Position numbers and translations under genes: made by a program. The notes under the pieces were generated by a model. That model saw only the letters and a list, made by a program, of their open reading frames with translations. It ran no database searches and was not told where the DNA came from. DNA of 42,232 nt from Eubacteriales bacterium (GTDB taxonomy: Bacteria; Bacillota; Clostridia; Oscillospirales; JAAYXM01), in contig JAZSHZ010000094.1 of NCBI GenBank assembly GCA_045533555.1, positions 1 to 42,232 of the forward strand, in the 5' to 3' direction. This document shows positions 7,226 to 18,174 of the stretch, piece after piece (the first letter of the stretch is position 1; each line of letters opens with the position of its first letter).

Positions 7226-8353
7226 ATGTCGGATTGTTTTGAATATCTTGACTGGAGAGGGGACCTCAGCTTTGAGGCGGATCCGTTCAACGAGATAGAC
7301 GGAATGCTTCTCTCCCGAATTTCATATATGCCCTTTGAGCTTATCGGCGAGAGCGGTGCAATAACCGTCGGGAGAGCATGCGAGAAATTCATGTCCATCC
7401 CGAATATCGAGGAAAAGCTTCTCGTCAAGGGCGATATGAAGCTTATCGAGCATATGGCAAACAGCCCGAGGTTTGGAAACCTTAAGATAATAGACTATGA
7501 AAACCGCCGCGAGGAAAAGAGTGAGACGCAGTTTTCCGCGGTCACCTTTCCGCTGGGGAATTTCAGATATTATGTCGCCTTCCGAGGCACGGATGAGACG
7601 ATCGTCGGTTGGAAAGAGGATTTCAATATGAGTTTCACGACTCCCGTCCCCGCGCAGGAGATGGCTGTCGAATATTTTGAAAGAGTCGCCTCGCGCCTTC
7701 GCGGAAAGTTCATAGTCGGCGGTCATTCAAAGGGCGGAAATCTCGCGGTCTATGCCGCCGCATTCTGCTCTCCGCGCCTTCGTGCAAAGATTCTCAAGGT
7801 GCAGAATTTCGATGGGCCGGGGTTTGATTCGAAAGTGTTCCTGACTCCGGGCTACCGCGCGATCCTCCCGAGGATCGAGACGTATATCCCCGAATCCTCG
7901 ATCATCGGTATGCTCCTTGACCATAAGGAGGAATATAAAATCGTCAAAAGCCGAAATCTCGGCATCTTCCAGCACGACACATATTCCTGGGAGCTTTCGC
8001 GCAACCGCTTCGTCTATGTCGATACCGTGAGCGATTCGAGCAAATTCATCGATGATGCGCTTAAGGAATGGCTCACCTCCGTCACCCCCGAGACGAGGGA
8101 GCTGCTCGTCGATACGCTTTATGATATCTTCAATGAGATGAATGTCAAAACCGTCAAGGAGCTTGCCGAAAAGCCACTTCTCAATGCGGTATCCGCTCTT
8201 CGCGCGATAAGAAATATCGACCCGGAAACGCGCAAGACGGTCAATGTTGCGCTTCGCGCCCTTGCAAAAAGCGCAAAGACGGTATATGACGAAAACAGAG
8301 CAAATAAGGAGACAGAAAAAGAGGATAAGGATAATGAAAAAATTGGATTTTAA
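7226..8353 (+). CDS. DUF2974 (Mbeg1-like) alpha/beta hydrolase
   Basis: YLDWRGDLSF, AFRGTD..IVGWKEDF, GHSKGGNLA nucleophile elbow, FDGPGF, QH; ATG at 7226 has a GGAGG RBS. Confidence 0.85.
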   Translation: MSDCFEYLDWRGDLSFEADPFNEIDGMLLSRISYMPFELIGESGAITVGRACEKFMSIPNIEEKLLVKGDMKLIEHMANSPRFGNLKIIDYENRREEKSETQFSAVTFPLGNFRYYVAFRGTDETIVGWKEDFNMSFTTPVPAQEMAVEYFERVASRLRGKFIVGGHSKGGNLAVYAAAFCSPRLRAKILKVQNFDGPGFDSKVFLTPGYRAILPRIETYIPESSIIGMLLDHKEEYKIVKSRNLGIFQHDTYSWELSRNRFVYVDTVSDSSKFIDDALKEWLTSVTPETRELLVDTLYDIFNEMNVKTVKELAEKPLLNAVSALRAIRNIDPETRKTVNVALRALAKSAKTVYDENRANKETEKEDKDNEKIGF

Positions 8354-9131
8354 CGAAAAACACGGCTTCATATGTGATATGGACGGCGTTATATACCATG
8401 GCAACAGAATTTTGCCGGGTGTTCCCGAATTTATAGATTGGCTTCACCGAGAGAAAAAGGAGTTCCTTTTTCTGACAAACAACAGCGGCTACACAAGGCG
8501 CGAGCTTCAGTATAAGCTTTCAAGAATGGGGCTTGAGGTCGGCGAGGAGCATTTCTACACAAGCGCCCTTGCGACGGCGGCATTTCTCAAAGAGCAGGCT
8601 CCCGGTTGCTCGGTATATGCAATCGGCGAGGCGGGGCTTCTCAATGCGCTCTATGATGCGGGTATAACGATGAATGACCAAAATCCCGATTACGTCGTCG
8701 TCGGTGAAGGTAAGACCTATTCGCTCGACAGTCTAACAAAGGCGACGAATCTCGTTCTTCGCGGTGCGAAGCTCATCGGCGCGAACTCCGATGTTTCGGG
8801 CCCGATCGAAGATGGAATAGCTCCCGCCTGCGGAGCGCTCGTCGCTCCGGTCGAGATTGCGACGGGGACTCATGCCTACTTCTGCGGAAAGCCGAATCCG
8901 CTTATGATGAGAACGGGTCTCCGCATCCTCGGCTGCCATTCTGCAGATGCCGTCATGATTGGCGACAGAATGGACACCGATGTCATATCGGGTCTTGAGA
9001 GCGGCATGTCGACGGTGCTCGTCCTTTCGGGAGTATCGACGGAGGAAACCCTCAGATCCTATGCTTACAGACCGTCGATAGTCCTCGGCGGAGTCGGTGA
9101 TATCGTCAGAATGGCAGAGGGTAACCGATAA
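8334..9131 (+). CDS. HAD-IIA family phosphatase (NagD-like)
   Basis: DMDGVIY, LTNN, GKPNP and IGDRMDTD motifs; start moved to ATG 8334, overlapping the upstream gene end. Confidence 0.9.
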   Translation: MKKLDFNEKHGFICDMDGVIYHGNRILPGVPEFIDWLHREKKEFLFLTNNSGYTRRELQYKLSRMGLEVGEEHFYTSALATAAFLKEQAPGCSVYAIGEAGLLNALYDAGITMNDQNPDYVVVGEGKTYSLDSLTKATNLVLRGAKLIGANSDVSGPIEDGIAPACGALVAPVEIATGTHAYFCGKPNPLMMRTGLRILGCHSADAVMIGDRMDTDVISGLESGMSTVLVLSGVSTEETLRSYAYRPSIVLGGVGDIVRMAEGNR

Positions 9132-9133
9132 AC

Positions 9134-9173
9134 AAAAACGCCTGTGAAAAAATGTCTTTTCACAGGCGTTTTT
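9134..9173 (+). terminator. rho-independent terminator (potentially bidirectional)
   Basis: AAAAACGCCTGTGAAAA/TTTTCACAGGCGTTTTT perfect stem. Confidence 0.85.
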
Positions 9174-9262
9174 CGCATTAAATAATGCTTGTATCGGGCG
9201 GCTTTTTGTGCTACAATATAATATGTATGAATATATATAAAATCAATGCGGAGATGTGCGCC

Positions 9263-10570
9263 ATGAAAAGGTTATTTGCGATGCTTTCAATATGCCTGTT
9301 TATGCTTTCCGGCTGCGGGGGAGACCTGCCGTCGGATATGTATGCATTGCCCGAAATGCCCGAGACGCACAGTGCTCTTATAGAGACGGTCGAATTCGTC
9401 CGCGGCGGAGGCTATGAGTTTTCCGAGCCGCGATCGGGTCTCAACAGACAGCCGATTCAGCTTATGGACCTCGACGGTGACGGAGAGGAGGAAGGCGTCG
9501 CTTTTCTGCGCGATGTCGCCGATACATATAAGACCTTCATCTATGTCTTTGAAAAAAATCGCTATGGCTTTGAGCTTTTCGATATAATCGAGGGCTCGGA
9601 GAACGAGATATACACGGTCTCCTATTCCGATATTCTCGGTCGTAACGGATATGAGATAATCGTCGAGTGGGGAAAAGCGGCAGATGAAAGCCGCACCGTG
9701 ACGGTTTATAACCGCGCGGCGGAGAATATGGAAAAGCTCTTTTCGATATCCGCGGTGCAATATTCCGTCAGCGATATAGACGGCAACGGTCAGAATGAGT
9801 TTCTTGCCGTTGTGAAAAAAGGGAAAAGAACGAATGCGGAGATATATAGCTTTGGCGGCGGTGAGCCCGAAAAATGCGCGGAGCTTCCGCTACGCAGGGA
9901 TGCGGGAAAGCTCGTCCGCATAAAGGCGGGCAACGTCGGAGCGCAAATGCCCGGCATCTTCATCGAGCGCGAGCTCGATTCGGGAATACTGACGGAGGTT
10001 ATATCGTCCGTCAACGGAAAATTCTGCAGCCTCATCTCCGAGGGAAGCACCTGCCGCGCATATGCGCTCTGCTCGGATATCAATTCCGACGGGGTGACGG
10101 AGCTTCCGCAGACGGCATCGACTGATGCTTCGGGGACCGGGGGAACATATCTCTGGTATCGCGCGGGAGCGGAAGGGAAGCTTTCTCTTTCCGCATTTAC
10201 ATACCATGATTTCAATTCCAACTGGTATGTCATGATGCCTGCATCATGGAGTTCAACCGTTATGGCGGAGCGAAAGGTCATAAGCTCGAATGAAACCTCC
10301 GTAAGCTTCTTCTCGCGCGAGGTGCTCGGGGGAGAGAGTGAGCAATATATCGAGGTTCCGCTTTTCAGGATACTGATACTCAGCGGCTCAAACCGCGAGA
10401 GCACCGCGGTGCGCGAGGGAAGGTTCATCATATCCGAGCGCGATGATATCATCTTCGCGGCTGAGATATCGAGCGGAAGCTATCTTTCGACGGAGATAAA
10501 CGAAGAATTCATCAAGAACATTTTCAAGACGCGCGAAAGCGAATGGGCATCCGATATTCTTTTTGCATAA
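9263..10570 (+). CDS. lipoprotein with FG-GAP/VCBS-like DxDGDG repeats
   Basis: MKRLF...LSGC lipobox; DLDGDG, DIDGNG and DINSDG motifs; TTGTAT-17-TACAAT promoter at 9189-9217. Confidence 0.75.
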   Translation: MKRLFAMLSICLFMLSGCGGDLPSDMYALPEMPETHSALIETVEFVRGGGYEFSEPRSGLNRQPIQLMDLDGDGEEEGVAFLRDVADTYKTFIYVFEKNRYGFELFDIIEGSENEIYTVSYSDILGRNGYEIIVEWGKAADESRTVTVYNRAAENMEKLFSISAVQYSVSDIDGNGQNEFLAVVKKGKRTNAEIYSFGGGEPEKCAELPLRRDAGKLVRIKAGNVGAQMPGIFIERELDSGILTEVISSVNGKFCSLISEGSTCRAYALCSDINSDGVTELPQTASTDASGTGGTYLWYRAGAEGKLSLSAFTYHDFNSNWYVMMPASWSSTVMAERKVISSNETSVSFFSREVLGGESEQYIEVPLFRILILSGSNRESTAVREGRFIISERDDIIFAAEISSGSYLSTEINEEFIKNIFKTRESEWASDILFA

Positions 10571-10582
10571 GGAGATTTTGCC

Positions 10583-11278
10583 GTGAGTGAGAAGAAAAAG
10601 ATTCTCGTCGTTGAGGACGAGGCAAGCATAAGAAGCTTTATAGTAATAAACTTAAGCCGCGCGGGCTATGATGTCTGCGAAGCGGAAAGCGGAGAGGAAG
10701 CTCTCGAAATACTCGACCGCGAGCCGGGAATCGGCGTTGCGCTTCTCGATCTGATGCTTCCCGGGATAGACGGTTTTGAGGTCTGCCGCAGAATCCGCGC
10801 AAAGGGCTCGAAGATCGGCATAATAATGCTGACTGCGAGAACGCAGGAGGTCGACCGGGTAACGGGGCTTATGACGGGTGCGGACGATTATGTCACAAAG
10901 CCGTTTTCGCCGACGGAGCTCATCGCGAGAATAGATGCTCTCTATCGAAGGCTCGGCGGAACGATAGCGGAGGATACCTCCAAAATTGTCAGAGGTCCGT
11001 TTGAACTCAACACGCGCAACAGGACGCTCGATAAAAACGGTGAGCGAATCCGCCTGACGCAGGTTGAATATACGATAATGCACTATTTTATGACGAACAC
11101 GGATAAGGCGATATCGAGAGAGGATATGCTCAAGGCAGTCTGGAAGAGCGATAATATCGGCGAGCTCAAGATCGTCGATGTCAATATCCGCCGCCTCCGC
11201 ATCAAGATCGAGGATAACCCCGCATACCCGACGTATATCCAGACCGTCTGGGGCTACGGGTACAAATGGAATTCATAG
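10583..11278 (+). CDS. OmpR/PhoB-family response regulator
   Basis: VVEDE, LLDLMLP, GADDYVTKPF receiver motifs; winged-helix end IQTVWGYGY. Confidence 0.95.
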   Translation: MSEKKKILVVEDEASIRSFIVINLSRAGYDVCEAESGEEALEILDREPGIGVALLDLMLPGIDGFEVCRRIRAKGSKIGIIMLTARTQEVDRVTGLMTGADDYVTKPFSPTELIARIDALYRRLGGTIAEDTSKIVRGPFELNTRNRTLDKNGERIRLTQVEYTIMHYFMTNTDKAISREDMLKAVWKSDNIGELKIVDVNIRRLRIKIEDNPAYPTYIQTVWGYGYKWNS

Positions 11279-11295
11279 AAAAGGAGCGAAAGCCG

Positions 11296-12723
11296 ATGCG
11301 CCGTCACCCGATGAGCCTGCGCCACCGCTGGATGGCAAACAACTTAATATATCTGTCGCTCATCGTCGGCATATGCATTGTTCTTTTCTCCGTCTCCGCG
11401 ATGAATTATTTCTATATGAATGTCAGAACGGGGCTTACAAACAGCGCAAACATCAGCGCGCGCTATTTCAGCGAGGATCTGACCTCGAGCGTCGATTCCT
11501 TCTATCGCAATGCAAAGCGTCAGCTCGCATCGGGCGGAAGAAACGAGAATGTCGAATGCCAGATACTTTTTGCAAACGGCAGAGTCGTTCTTTCTTCAAT
11601 GGGTCTCCCCGCGGGGATGATGCCCGAAAGCCCGGATATATCCGAGGCGGTGCAGAGCGGGATGACGGCAAACTTCGTCGGTCGCGATGCGCTGACGGGA
11701 GAGAGAATAATGAGCGTTTCAAGTCCGCTCATATCGGGCGAGAGCGAGGTTATCGGAGTCGTCAGATATGTGACGAGCCTCCGGAAGATAGACAGAAGGC
11801 TTTTCATTCAGTTCATCGCATCCCTTGCGATAGGCGCGATACTGATGCTCATCGTCTTCATCTCGAATAAATATTTTCTGCGCTCTGTCATATCTCCGCT
11901 TGCGGAGGTCACAGCCATATCGAAGAAGATATCCGCGGGAAGCTATGGCGTAACGATAGATAAAAAATATGAGGACGAAATCGGCGAGCTCGTCGATTCG
12001 ATAAACGAAATGTCCGCCGAAATCGCAAAAGCGGATAAGATCAAAAACGAGTTCATCTCCTCTGTTTCCCACGAGCTGAGAACGCCGCTCACGGCAATCA
12101 TCGGCTGGGGCGAGACGCTGACGGCGGTCGGCTTTGAAAACAAGGAAGCGGCAAGCCGCGGAATCGAAATCATCTTAAAGGAAACGAGAAGACTTTCAAA
12201 AATGGTCGAGGAGCTTCTCGATTTTGCGAGGATGGAGAGCGGCAGGTTTACGCTCTATGTTGATACGGTCAATCTGAAGGCGGAATTTGAAGAGACGCTT
12301 TTCATGTATGCGGACACGATAAAGAAAGCAAACGTCGCGATGAATTATGAGCAGGATGATGAGGATGAAATCTTCATCAGCGGCGATCGCGAAAGGCTCA
12401 AGCAGGTTTTCTTCAATATTCTCGACAATGCGCTCAAGCACGGCGGCGAGGGTGAGAAGATAGATATCTCCGTAAAGCGCGAGGGAAGGCTTGCGAAAAT
12501 CAGGATAAGAGACTATGGCGCGGGCATTCCGGAGGATGAACTTCCGTATGTCAAGGTCAAGTTCTATAAAGGAAAATCCAAGGCGCAGGGAAGCGGCATC
12601 GGTCTTGCCGTCAGCGATGAGATTGTCAATCTCCACGGCGGAGAGCTCGATATCTCAAGCGAGGTCGGAAAAGGCACGGAGGTAACGATAACCCTGCCGA
12701 TAAAGGAAACAGAGGAAGAATAA
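11296..12723 (+). CDS. HAMP-domain sensor histidine kinase
   Basis: two TMs, HAMP, SHELRTPLT H-box, N/G1/F/G2 boxes; ATG 11296 follows AAGGAG (track start 11266). Confidence 0.93.
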   Translation: MRRHPMSLRHRWMANNLIYLSLIVGICIVLFSVSAMNYFYMNVRTGLTNSANISARYFSEDLTSSVDSFYRNAKRQLASGGRNENVECQILFANGRVVLSSMGLPAGMMPESPDISEAVQSGMTANFVGRDALTGERIMSVSSPLISGESEVIGVVRYVTSLRKIDRRLFIQFIASLAIGAILMLIVFISNKYFLRSVISPLAEVTAISKKISAGSYGVTIDKKYEDEIGELVDSINEMSAEIAKADKIKNEFISSVSHELRTPLTAIIGWGETLTAVGFENKEAASRGIEIILKETRRLSKMVEELLDFARMESGRFTLYVDTVNLKAEFEETLFMYADTIKKANVAMNYEQDDEDEIFISGDRERLKQVFFNILDNALKHGGEGEKIDISVKREGRLAKIRIRDYGAGIPEDELPYVKVKFYKGKSKAQGSGIGLAVSDEIVNLHGGELDISSEVGKGTEVTITLPIKETEEE

Positions 12724-12741
12724 AGAAAGGTGCAGAACAAA

Positions 12742-13677
12742 ATGGGTAATTGCAAGAAAACGTCGATTGGCGGTCAGGCGCTTATCGAGGGAATTATGAT
12801 GCTCGGCCCCGAAAAGAGCGCGATAGCCGTCCGCAAGGAAAACGGCGAAATTGAGCTCAAGGTCGAGAAGATAACGAAGATGACGGATAAATATAAAATT
12901 CTCGGGATTCCGTTCATCCGCGGAATATTCGGGTTGTTTGAATCATTGAAGCGAGGCTTTTCGGCGCTCAGCTATGCATCGTCCATAGCGATAAGCGAGA
13001 TAGACGAAGAGCCGACGAAGTTTGAAAAATGGCTTGAGAAAAAATTCGGAAGCCGCGCGGTCGAAAACATCGTCATGGGAATTGCGACGGTCTTCGGAAT
13101 AGCGATTCCGATTCTTCTGTTCATTCTTTTGCCGACGCTTCTTGCGGGGACGATCGATAAGCTCGGTCTTCCGAATCTTCTCCGCAATCTCATTGAAGGC
13201 GTTCTTCGCGTAATTATCTTTTTGATATTTATGTTCTCCGTTTCGAGAATGAAGGATATGAAGCGCGTGTTCGCGTATCACGGAGCAGAGCATAAATCCA
13301 TCTTCTGCTATGAGGCGGGAGAGGAACTCACGGTTGAAAACGTCAGAAAGTTTTCAAAAGAGCATCCCCGTTGCGGAACGAGCTTTATGTTCTCGGTTAT
13401 GGTCATAAGCGTCCTCGTCTTTTCGGTTGTAAGTTGGTCAAACCCGTTCATCCGAATGGGGCTCAGGCTTGCGCTTCTTCCCGTCGTCGTCGGCATAAGC
13501 TATGAGGTCAACCGCTTCATCGGCCGCCATGACAATTGGTTCACGAGAATAATCCGCGCTCCCGGTCTCTGGTTCCAGACGTTTACGACGTTTGAGCCGG
13601 ATGACGGGATGATCGAAATCGCGATAGCCGCGCTCCGCGAGGTCATTCCCGAAGATAAGGAATCCGATAACTGGTAA
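12742..13677 (+). CDS. DUF1385 (YqhQ-like) membrane protein
   Basis: IGGQALIEGIMM, YHGAEHK and HPRCGTSF motifs; usual neighbour of prmC. Confidence 0.9.
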   Translation: MGNCKKTSIGGQALIEGIMMLGPEKSAIAVRKENGEIELKVEKITKMTDKYKILGIPFIRGIFGLFESLKRGFSALSYASSIAISEIDEEPTKFEKWLEKKFGSRAVENIVMGIATVFGIAIPILLFILLPTLLAGTIDKLGLPNLLRNLIEGVLRVIIFLIFMFSVSRMKDMKRVFAYHGAEHKSIFCYEAGEELTVENVRKFSKEHPRCGTSFMFSVMVISVLVFSVVSWSNPFIRMGLRLALLPVVVGISYEVNRFIGRHDNWFTRIIRAPGLWFQTFTTFEPDDGMIEIAIAALREVIPEDKESDNW

Positions 13678-13699
13678 TCTGTTTGCGAGGTAGTTTGAA

Positions 13700-14548
13700 T
13701 TGTTTACGACATATAACGATGTTTATCTTGATACAAGAAGAAAATTTGTTTCGGGCAAAATCTCAATGCCGGATCTTGAAGCATCGGAGATTCTTCTCCA
13801 TGTGACGGGGAAAAGCCGCGAGGAATTCGTCCGCGATAAATATCTCCATGCGTCGACGAGTGTCGCAATCGGTGCGGCAAAGCTTGCGGAGAGAAGGCTT
13901 GCGGGCGAGCCGCTCGCATATATTCTCGGCGAATGGGATTTCTATGGAGTGAGGCTCAAGGTCACGCCCGATGTCCTCATCCCGCGCTCGGATACGGAGG
14001 CGCTTGTCGATTGTGCGCTCCGGAGAACGAGCGGAGCTTTCCGCTTCCTTGATCTCGGTTGCGGAAGCGGCTGCGTCGGAATCGCGCTCAGCGTTATGCG
14101 AGAGGGCGCACGAGGAGTCCTTTCCGATATTTCGGATGCGGCTCTTGCCGTCGCAAAGGAAAATGTCTATGGTGCGAAGCTCTCCTCACGCATATCCTGC
14201 ATAAAGGCGGATATGACGAAGGAGCCGCCGCAGAATCTCGGAAAATTTGACCTTATCGTTTCCAATCCGCCCTATATAACGAGCGCGGAGATGGAAGCGC
14301 TTGACAAATCCGTCGTGGATTATGAGCCGAAGGGCGCATTGTGGGGCGGTGAAGACGGGCTTGATTTCTATCGCGAGATCTGCAAAAACTGGACCTGCGC
14401 CCTCAATGACGGCGGCGTTCTCGCATTTGAATGCGGAATCGCGCAGTCGGGAGCGCTTGAAGGAATTCTCTATGAATTCGGAATGAAGAGCATACAGACC
14501 TCGCGGGATACATCGGGCGCAAACCGCGTCGTATCCTGCATAAAATAA
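13700..14548 (+). CDS. prmC: release factor glutamine methyltransferase
   Basis: GEPLAYILG, VLIPRSDTE, LDLGCGSG, VSNPPY. Confidence 0.93.
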   Translation: MFTTYNDVYLDTRRKFVSGKISMPDLEASEILLHVTGKSREEFVRDKYLHASTSVAIGAAKLAERRLAGEPLAYILGEWDFYGVRLKVTPDVLIPRSDTEALVDCALRRTSGAFRFLDLGCGSGCVGIALSVMREGARGVLSDISDAALAVAKENVYGAKLSSRISCIKADMTKEPPQNLGKFDLIVSNPPYITSAEMEALDKSVVDYEPKGALWGGEDGLDFYREICKNWTCALNDGGVLAFECGIAQSGALEGILYEFGMKSIQTSRDTSGANRVVSCIK

Positions 14549-14579
14549 AAAAACCAATAAAAAGGAGTGTATATAATCT

Positions 14580-15650
14580 ATGGAAAAAGAAAAAGCATTG
14601 GAAACTGCGATATCGCAGATTGAGAAAAAATTCGGCAAGGGAGCGGTTATGCACCTCGGCGACAATGCCGATATGAGTATCAGCACTATTTCGACAGGCT
14701 CGCTCACGCTTGACATCGCGCTCGGCGTCGGCGGTCTTCCGCGCGGAAGAATCATTGAGATGTATGGCCCCGAATCCTCGGGTAAGACAACAGTTGCCCT
14801 CCACGTCGTCGCAGAGGCGCAGAAGGCGGGCGGCACCGCCGCTTTCATAGACGTTGAGCATGCGCTCGACCCTGTCTATGCAGAGGCGCTCGGCGTCGAT
14901 ATAGACAGTCTCCTCGTTTCCCAGCCCGATTCGGGTGAAGCGGCGCTCGAAATTGCGGAGGCTCTTGCAAGCTCAAATGCAATCGATGTTCTTGTTATCG
15001 ACTCGGTTGCCGCGCTCGTTCCGCGTCAGGAGATCGAGGGCGAGATGGGCGATTCGATGGTCGGCGTTCAGGCGCGCCTTATGTCGCAGGCTATGAGAAA
15101 GCTTGCGGGCGTTATCTCCAAGGCGAACTGCGTCGCAATCTTTATCAACCAGCTTCGTCAGAAGATCGGCGTTATGTACGGTAACCCCGAGGTAACAACG
15201 GGCGGAACGGCGCTCAAGTTCTATTCAAGCGTCCGTATTGATATCCGCCGCGTTGAGACGCTCAAGAACGGGACGGAGCCTTATGGAAGCCGCACCCGCG
15301 CAAAGGTCGTCAAGAATAAGGTTGCTCCCCCGTGGAAGGAAGGCGAGTTTGATATTATCTACGGCCAGGGTATCTCCAAGGTCGGCGAAATTCTTGACCT
15401 CGCTGTAAAATATGATATCATCCAGAAGAGCGGCTCATGGTTCAATATGGGCGAGATGCGTCTCGGTCAGGGCCGCGATAACGCAAAGCAGTTCCTTGTC
15501 GATAACCCCGATATAGCGGAAGCAATCGAGCGCGATATCTATGCAAAGATCGATGCTGAAAAGGAAGAAAAGGCGCAGGCACGCGCCGCAAAGAAGGCAT
15601 CGCCCGCAGGTCGCGGAGTCAAGATCGATGCCGATGATTTTGAAGGTTAA
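14580..15650 (+). CDS. recA: recombinase RecA
   Basis: GPESSGKTT Walker A; [11 protein letters not shown]; ALKFYSSVR. Confidence 0.99.
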   Translation: MEKEKALETAISQIEKKFGKGAVMHLGDNADMSISTISTGSLTLDIALGVGGLPRGRIIEMYGPESSGKTTVALHVVAEAQKAGGTAAFIDVEHALDPVYAEALGVDIDSLLVSQPDSGEAALEIAEALASSNAIDVLVIDSVAALVPRQEIEGEMGDSMVGVQARLMSQAMRKLAGVISKANCVAIFINQLRQKIGVMYGNPEVTTGGTALKFYSSVRIDIRRVETLKNGTEPYGSRTRAKVVKNKVAPPWKEGEFDIIYGQGISKVGEILDLAVKYDIIQKSGSWFNMGEMRLGQGRDNAKQFLVDNPDIAEAIERDIYAKIDAEKEEKAQARAAKKASPAGRGVKIDADDFEG

Positions 15651-16273
15651 TGAAAATTGAAAGCATAAAGCCGGGCAAGCGCGACCGCGAAAAGCTCGTC
15701 ATAAAAACGGAATGCGGAAGATATATCTCCGCATATATAGATGATGCATATAAGCTCTCCGCAGGCGATGAGCTCACGGAGCGGGAAGCGGAGGAGCTCG
15801 AGCGGCGCTATGCGGCATATTTTGCCCGCAAAAGCGCGGCAAGAAGCCTCGCAAAGCGCAATATGTCTCATTCCGAGCTTTCAAAAAAGCTCCGCGAGAG
15901 AGGCTTTTCCGAGGATGATTCGGAGAAGACCGCCGCGTGGTTTGAGGAGCGCGGGCTTATAGACGATGAGAACTATGCCGCAATGCTGATGCGCGAATAT
16001 TCAAGGCGCGGCTATGGCATAATGCGAATCCGTGAGGAGCTTCGCCGCCGCGGGATATCAAAGGGGATAAGTGAAAATCTCCTCGAAGAATATGAGGGCG
16101 GAGAGAGCGAAATCATAAAGCTCATCGAAAAGAAGCTTGGCGGAAGAGCGCCCGATGCAGATGAAAAGAGAAAGCTCATCGCTTTCCTTTCGCGCCGCGG
16201 TTTTAAGTTTGATGAAATAAGGTCCGCAATGGCGGAAATGCAGTTTAATACGGAGGATATGTCTGATGGCTAA
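15650..16273 (+). CDS. recX: regulatory protein RecX
   Basis: overlaps recA stop; ELSKKL, GLIDD..YA, IREELRRRG, FLSRRGF helical repeats. Confidence 0.9.
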   Translation: MKIESIKPGKRDREKLVIKTECGRYISAYIDDAYKLSAGDELTEREAEELERRYAAYFARKSAARSLAKRNMSHSELSKKLRERGFSEDDSEKTAAWFEERGLIDDENYAAMLMREYSRRGYGIMRIREELRRRGISKGISENLLEEYEGGESEIIKLIEKKLGGRAPDADEKRKLIAFLSRRGFKFDEIRSAMAEMQFNTEDMSDG

Positions 16274-17591
16274 GATTGGCGTTGTCTCACTCGGTTGCTC
16301 AAAAAATCAGATCGATTGTGAGCATATGCTGTCCGTTCTCGATGAAAACGGATATGAACTGACAGTCGAGCTCAATGATGTCGATGCGGTTATAATAAAC
16401 ACCTGCAGCTTCATCGGCGACGCGAGAGACGAAGCATATGAATATATCAAAGAAGCGGTGACGCTCAAGGAAGAGGGAAGTATCGGAAAAATAATCGTTA
16501 CGGGCTGCCTCTCAGAGCTCTCGCGCGAGAAGCTTTTTGAGGAGTTTGCGCAGATTGATGCGGTCATCGGTTGCGGAAGCTATCTCGATATTGCAGATGT
16601 CGTCGCAAAGGTGCTTGAGGGCGAAGAACGGGTGACTGTTTTCGGAAGACCCGATGAAGCACCGCTCGAATGCGGAAGAGTCCTCACGACTCCGCACTAC
16701 ACGGCGTTCATAAAGATTGCCGAGGGCTGCTCGAATTGCTGCAGCTATTGCGTTATCCCGCGCCTTCGCGGAAGAATGCGAAGCCGCGATATGGAAGAAA
16801 TCGTTCGTGAAGCGGAAGCTCTTGCGGAATCGGGTGTGCGTGAGCTCATCATTGTTGCGCAGGATACGGGAAGCTATGGGCTTGACCTCTATAAGAAAAA
16901 GAGCCTTTCCGAGCTTCTTCGCCGCATCTGCGCGATAGAAAAGCTCGATTGGGTCAGAATCCATTATCTTTATCCCGATAAGATAGACGATGAGCTTATA
17001 GAGACGATTGCAAGCGAAGAGAAGATCGTCAAATATCTCGACATTCCGATTCAGCATATAAACGACAGGATACTCCGCGCGATGAACAGACGCGACACGC
17101 GCGCGGAAATCGAAGCGCTGATGAAGAAGCTTCGCGAGAAGATACCGGGTGTCGTCATAAGAACAAGCCTCATCGTAGGCTTCCCCGGAGAGACGGACGA
17201 GGAGTTCGAGGAGCTTTGCGATTTCATCAAGGAGCATAAGCTTGAGCGCGCAGGCGTGTTTGCATATTCCCGTGAAGCGGGAACCCGCGCGGCGGAGCTT
17301 CCCGACCAGGTCGATGAGGAGACGAAGGAGAGAAGAGCAGAGCTTCTTTCAAATCTCACCTCGCGCATAATTGATGAATATAACGGCAAGATGATGGGAA
17401 AGACGCTCAAGGTTCTCGTCGAAGGGTTCGACAGATACAGCGAATGCTATTTCGGCAGAAGCTTTGCGGATTCACCCGATATAGACGGAAAAGTATTCTT
17501 CAGGGGAAAGACGGGGCTCCGTCCAGGCGTTTTCGTTGATGTTATGATAGATGATGAGCTCGACGGGGATCTCCTCGGCGAAGCAAAGTAA
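16266..17591 (+). CDS. rimO: ribosomal protein S12 methylthiotransferase
   Basis: SLGCSKN, NTCSFI..A..E, CSNCCSYC radical-SAM motif, SPDIDG TRAM end. Confidence 0.93.
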   Translation: MAKIGVVSLGCSKNQIDCEHMLSVLDENGYELTVELNDVDAVIINTCSFIGDARDEAYEYIKEAVTLKEEGSIGKIIVTGCLSELSREKLFEEFAQIDAVIGCGSYLDIADVVAKVLEGEERVTVFGRPDEAPLECGRVLTTPHYTAFIKIAEGCSNCCSYCVIPRLRGRMRSRDMEEIVREAEALAESGVRELIIVAQDTGSYGLDLYKKKSLSELLRRICAIEKLDWVRIHYLYPDKIDDELIETIASEEKIVKYLDIPIQHINDRILRAMNRRDTRAEIEALMKKLREKIPGVVIRTSLIVGFPGETDEEFEELCDFIKEHKLERAGVFAYSREAGTRAAELPDQVDEETKERRAELLSNLTSRIIDEYNGKMMGKTLKVLVEGFDRYSECYFGRSFADSPDIDGKVFFRGKTGLRPGVFVDVMIDDELDGDLLGEAK

Positions 17592-17605
17592 GGAGGCATA
17601 ATGAT

Positions 17606-18172
17606 ATGACAACAGCAAATATAATCTCAATCGCAAGAATATGTCTTATTCCGGTGTTTATGGCATTTGCGCTTATTTCGGGAATCCCGAACAATGATTA
17701 TATCGCAATTGCGATATTCATCATCGCAAGCCTGACCGACTGGGTGGACGGCTATATCGCAAGAAAGTATAATCAGATAACGACCTTCGGAAAATTCCTT
17801 GACCCGCTTGCGGATAAGCTTCTTGTCCTTGCGGCGGTGCTCGTTCTTTGCGAACGCGGCATTATGGGAAGCGTTCCCGCGTTTATCATCATTGCGCGCG
17901 AGCTTATCGTCACATCGCTCCGCATAGTTGCGATGGGTGAGGGCATAGTAATAGCGGCGCAGAAATCGGGCAAGGCAAAGACCTGCATCCAGATGATCGG
18001 AACGGTCGCGCTCTTCATTCCGCCGATTCGCGGAATCGCGCTCGGAGCAATAACGGTCGGAGACATAATCGTCTGGATAATGGCGGCGATAACGCTCATT
18101 TCAGGAATAGAATATTTCAAGAGCTTCGGCGGAGTGCTGAAGTTTAAAAAAGAAGATACCGAGGAGAAATAA
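17606..18172 (+). CDS. pgsA: CDP-diacylglycerol--glycerol-3-phosphate 3-phosphatidyltransferase
   Basis: [31 protein letters not shown]-alcohol phosphotransferase signature. Confidence 0.95.
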   Translation: MTTANIISIARICLIPVFMAFALISGIPNNDYIAIAIFIIASLTDWVDGYIARKYNQITTFGKFLDPLADKLLVLAAVLVLCERGIMGSVPAFIIIARELIVTSLRIVAMGEGIVIAAQKSGKAKTCIQMIGTVALFIPPIRGIALGAITVGDIIVWIMAAITLISGIEYFKSFGGVLKFKKEDTEEK

Positions 18173-18174
18173 GT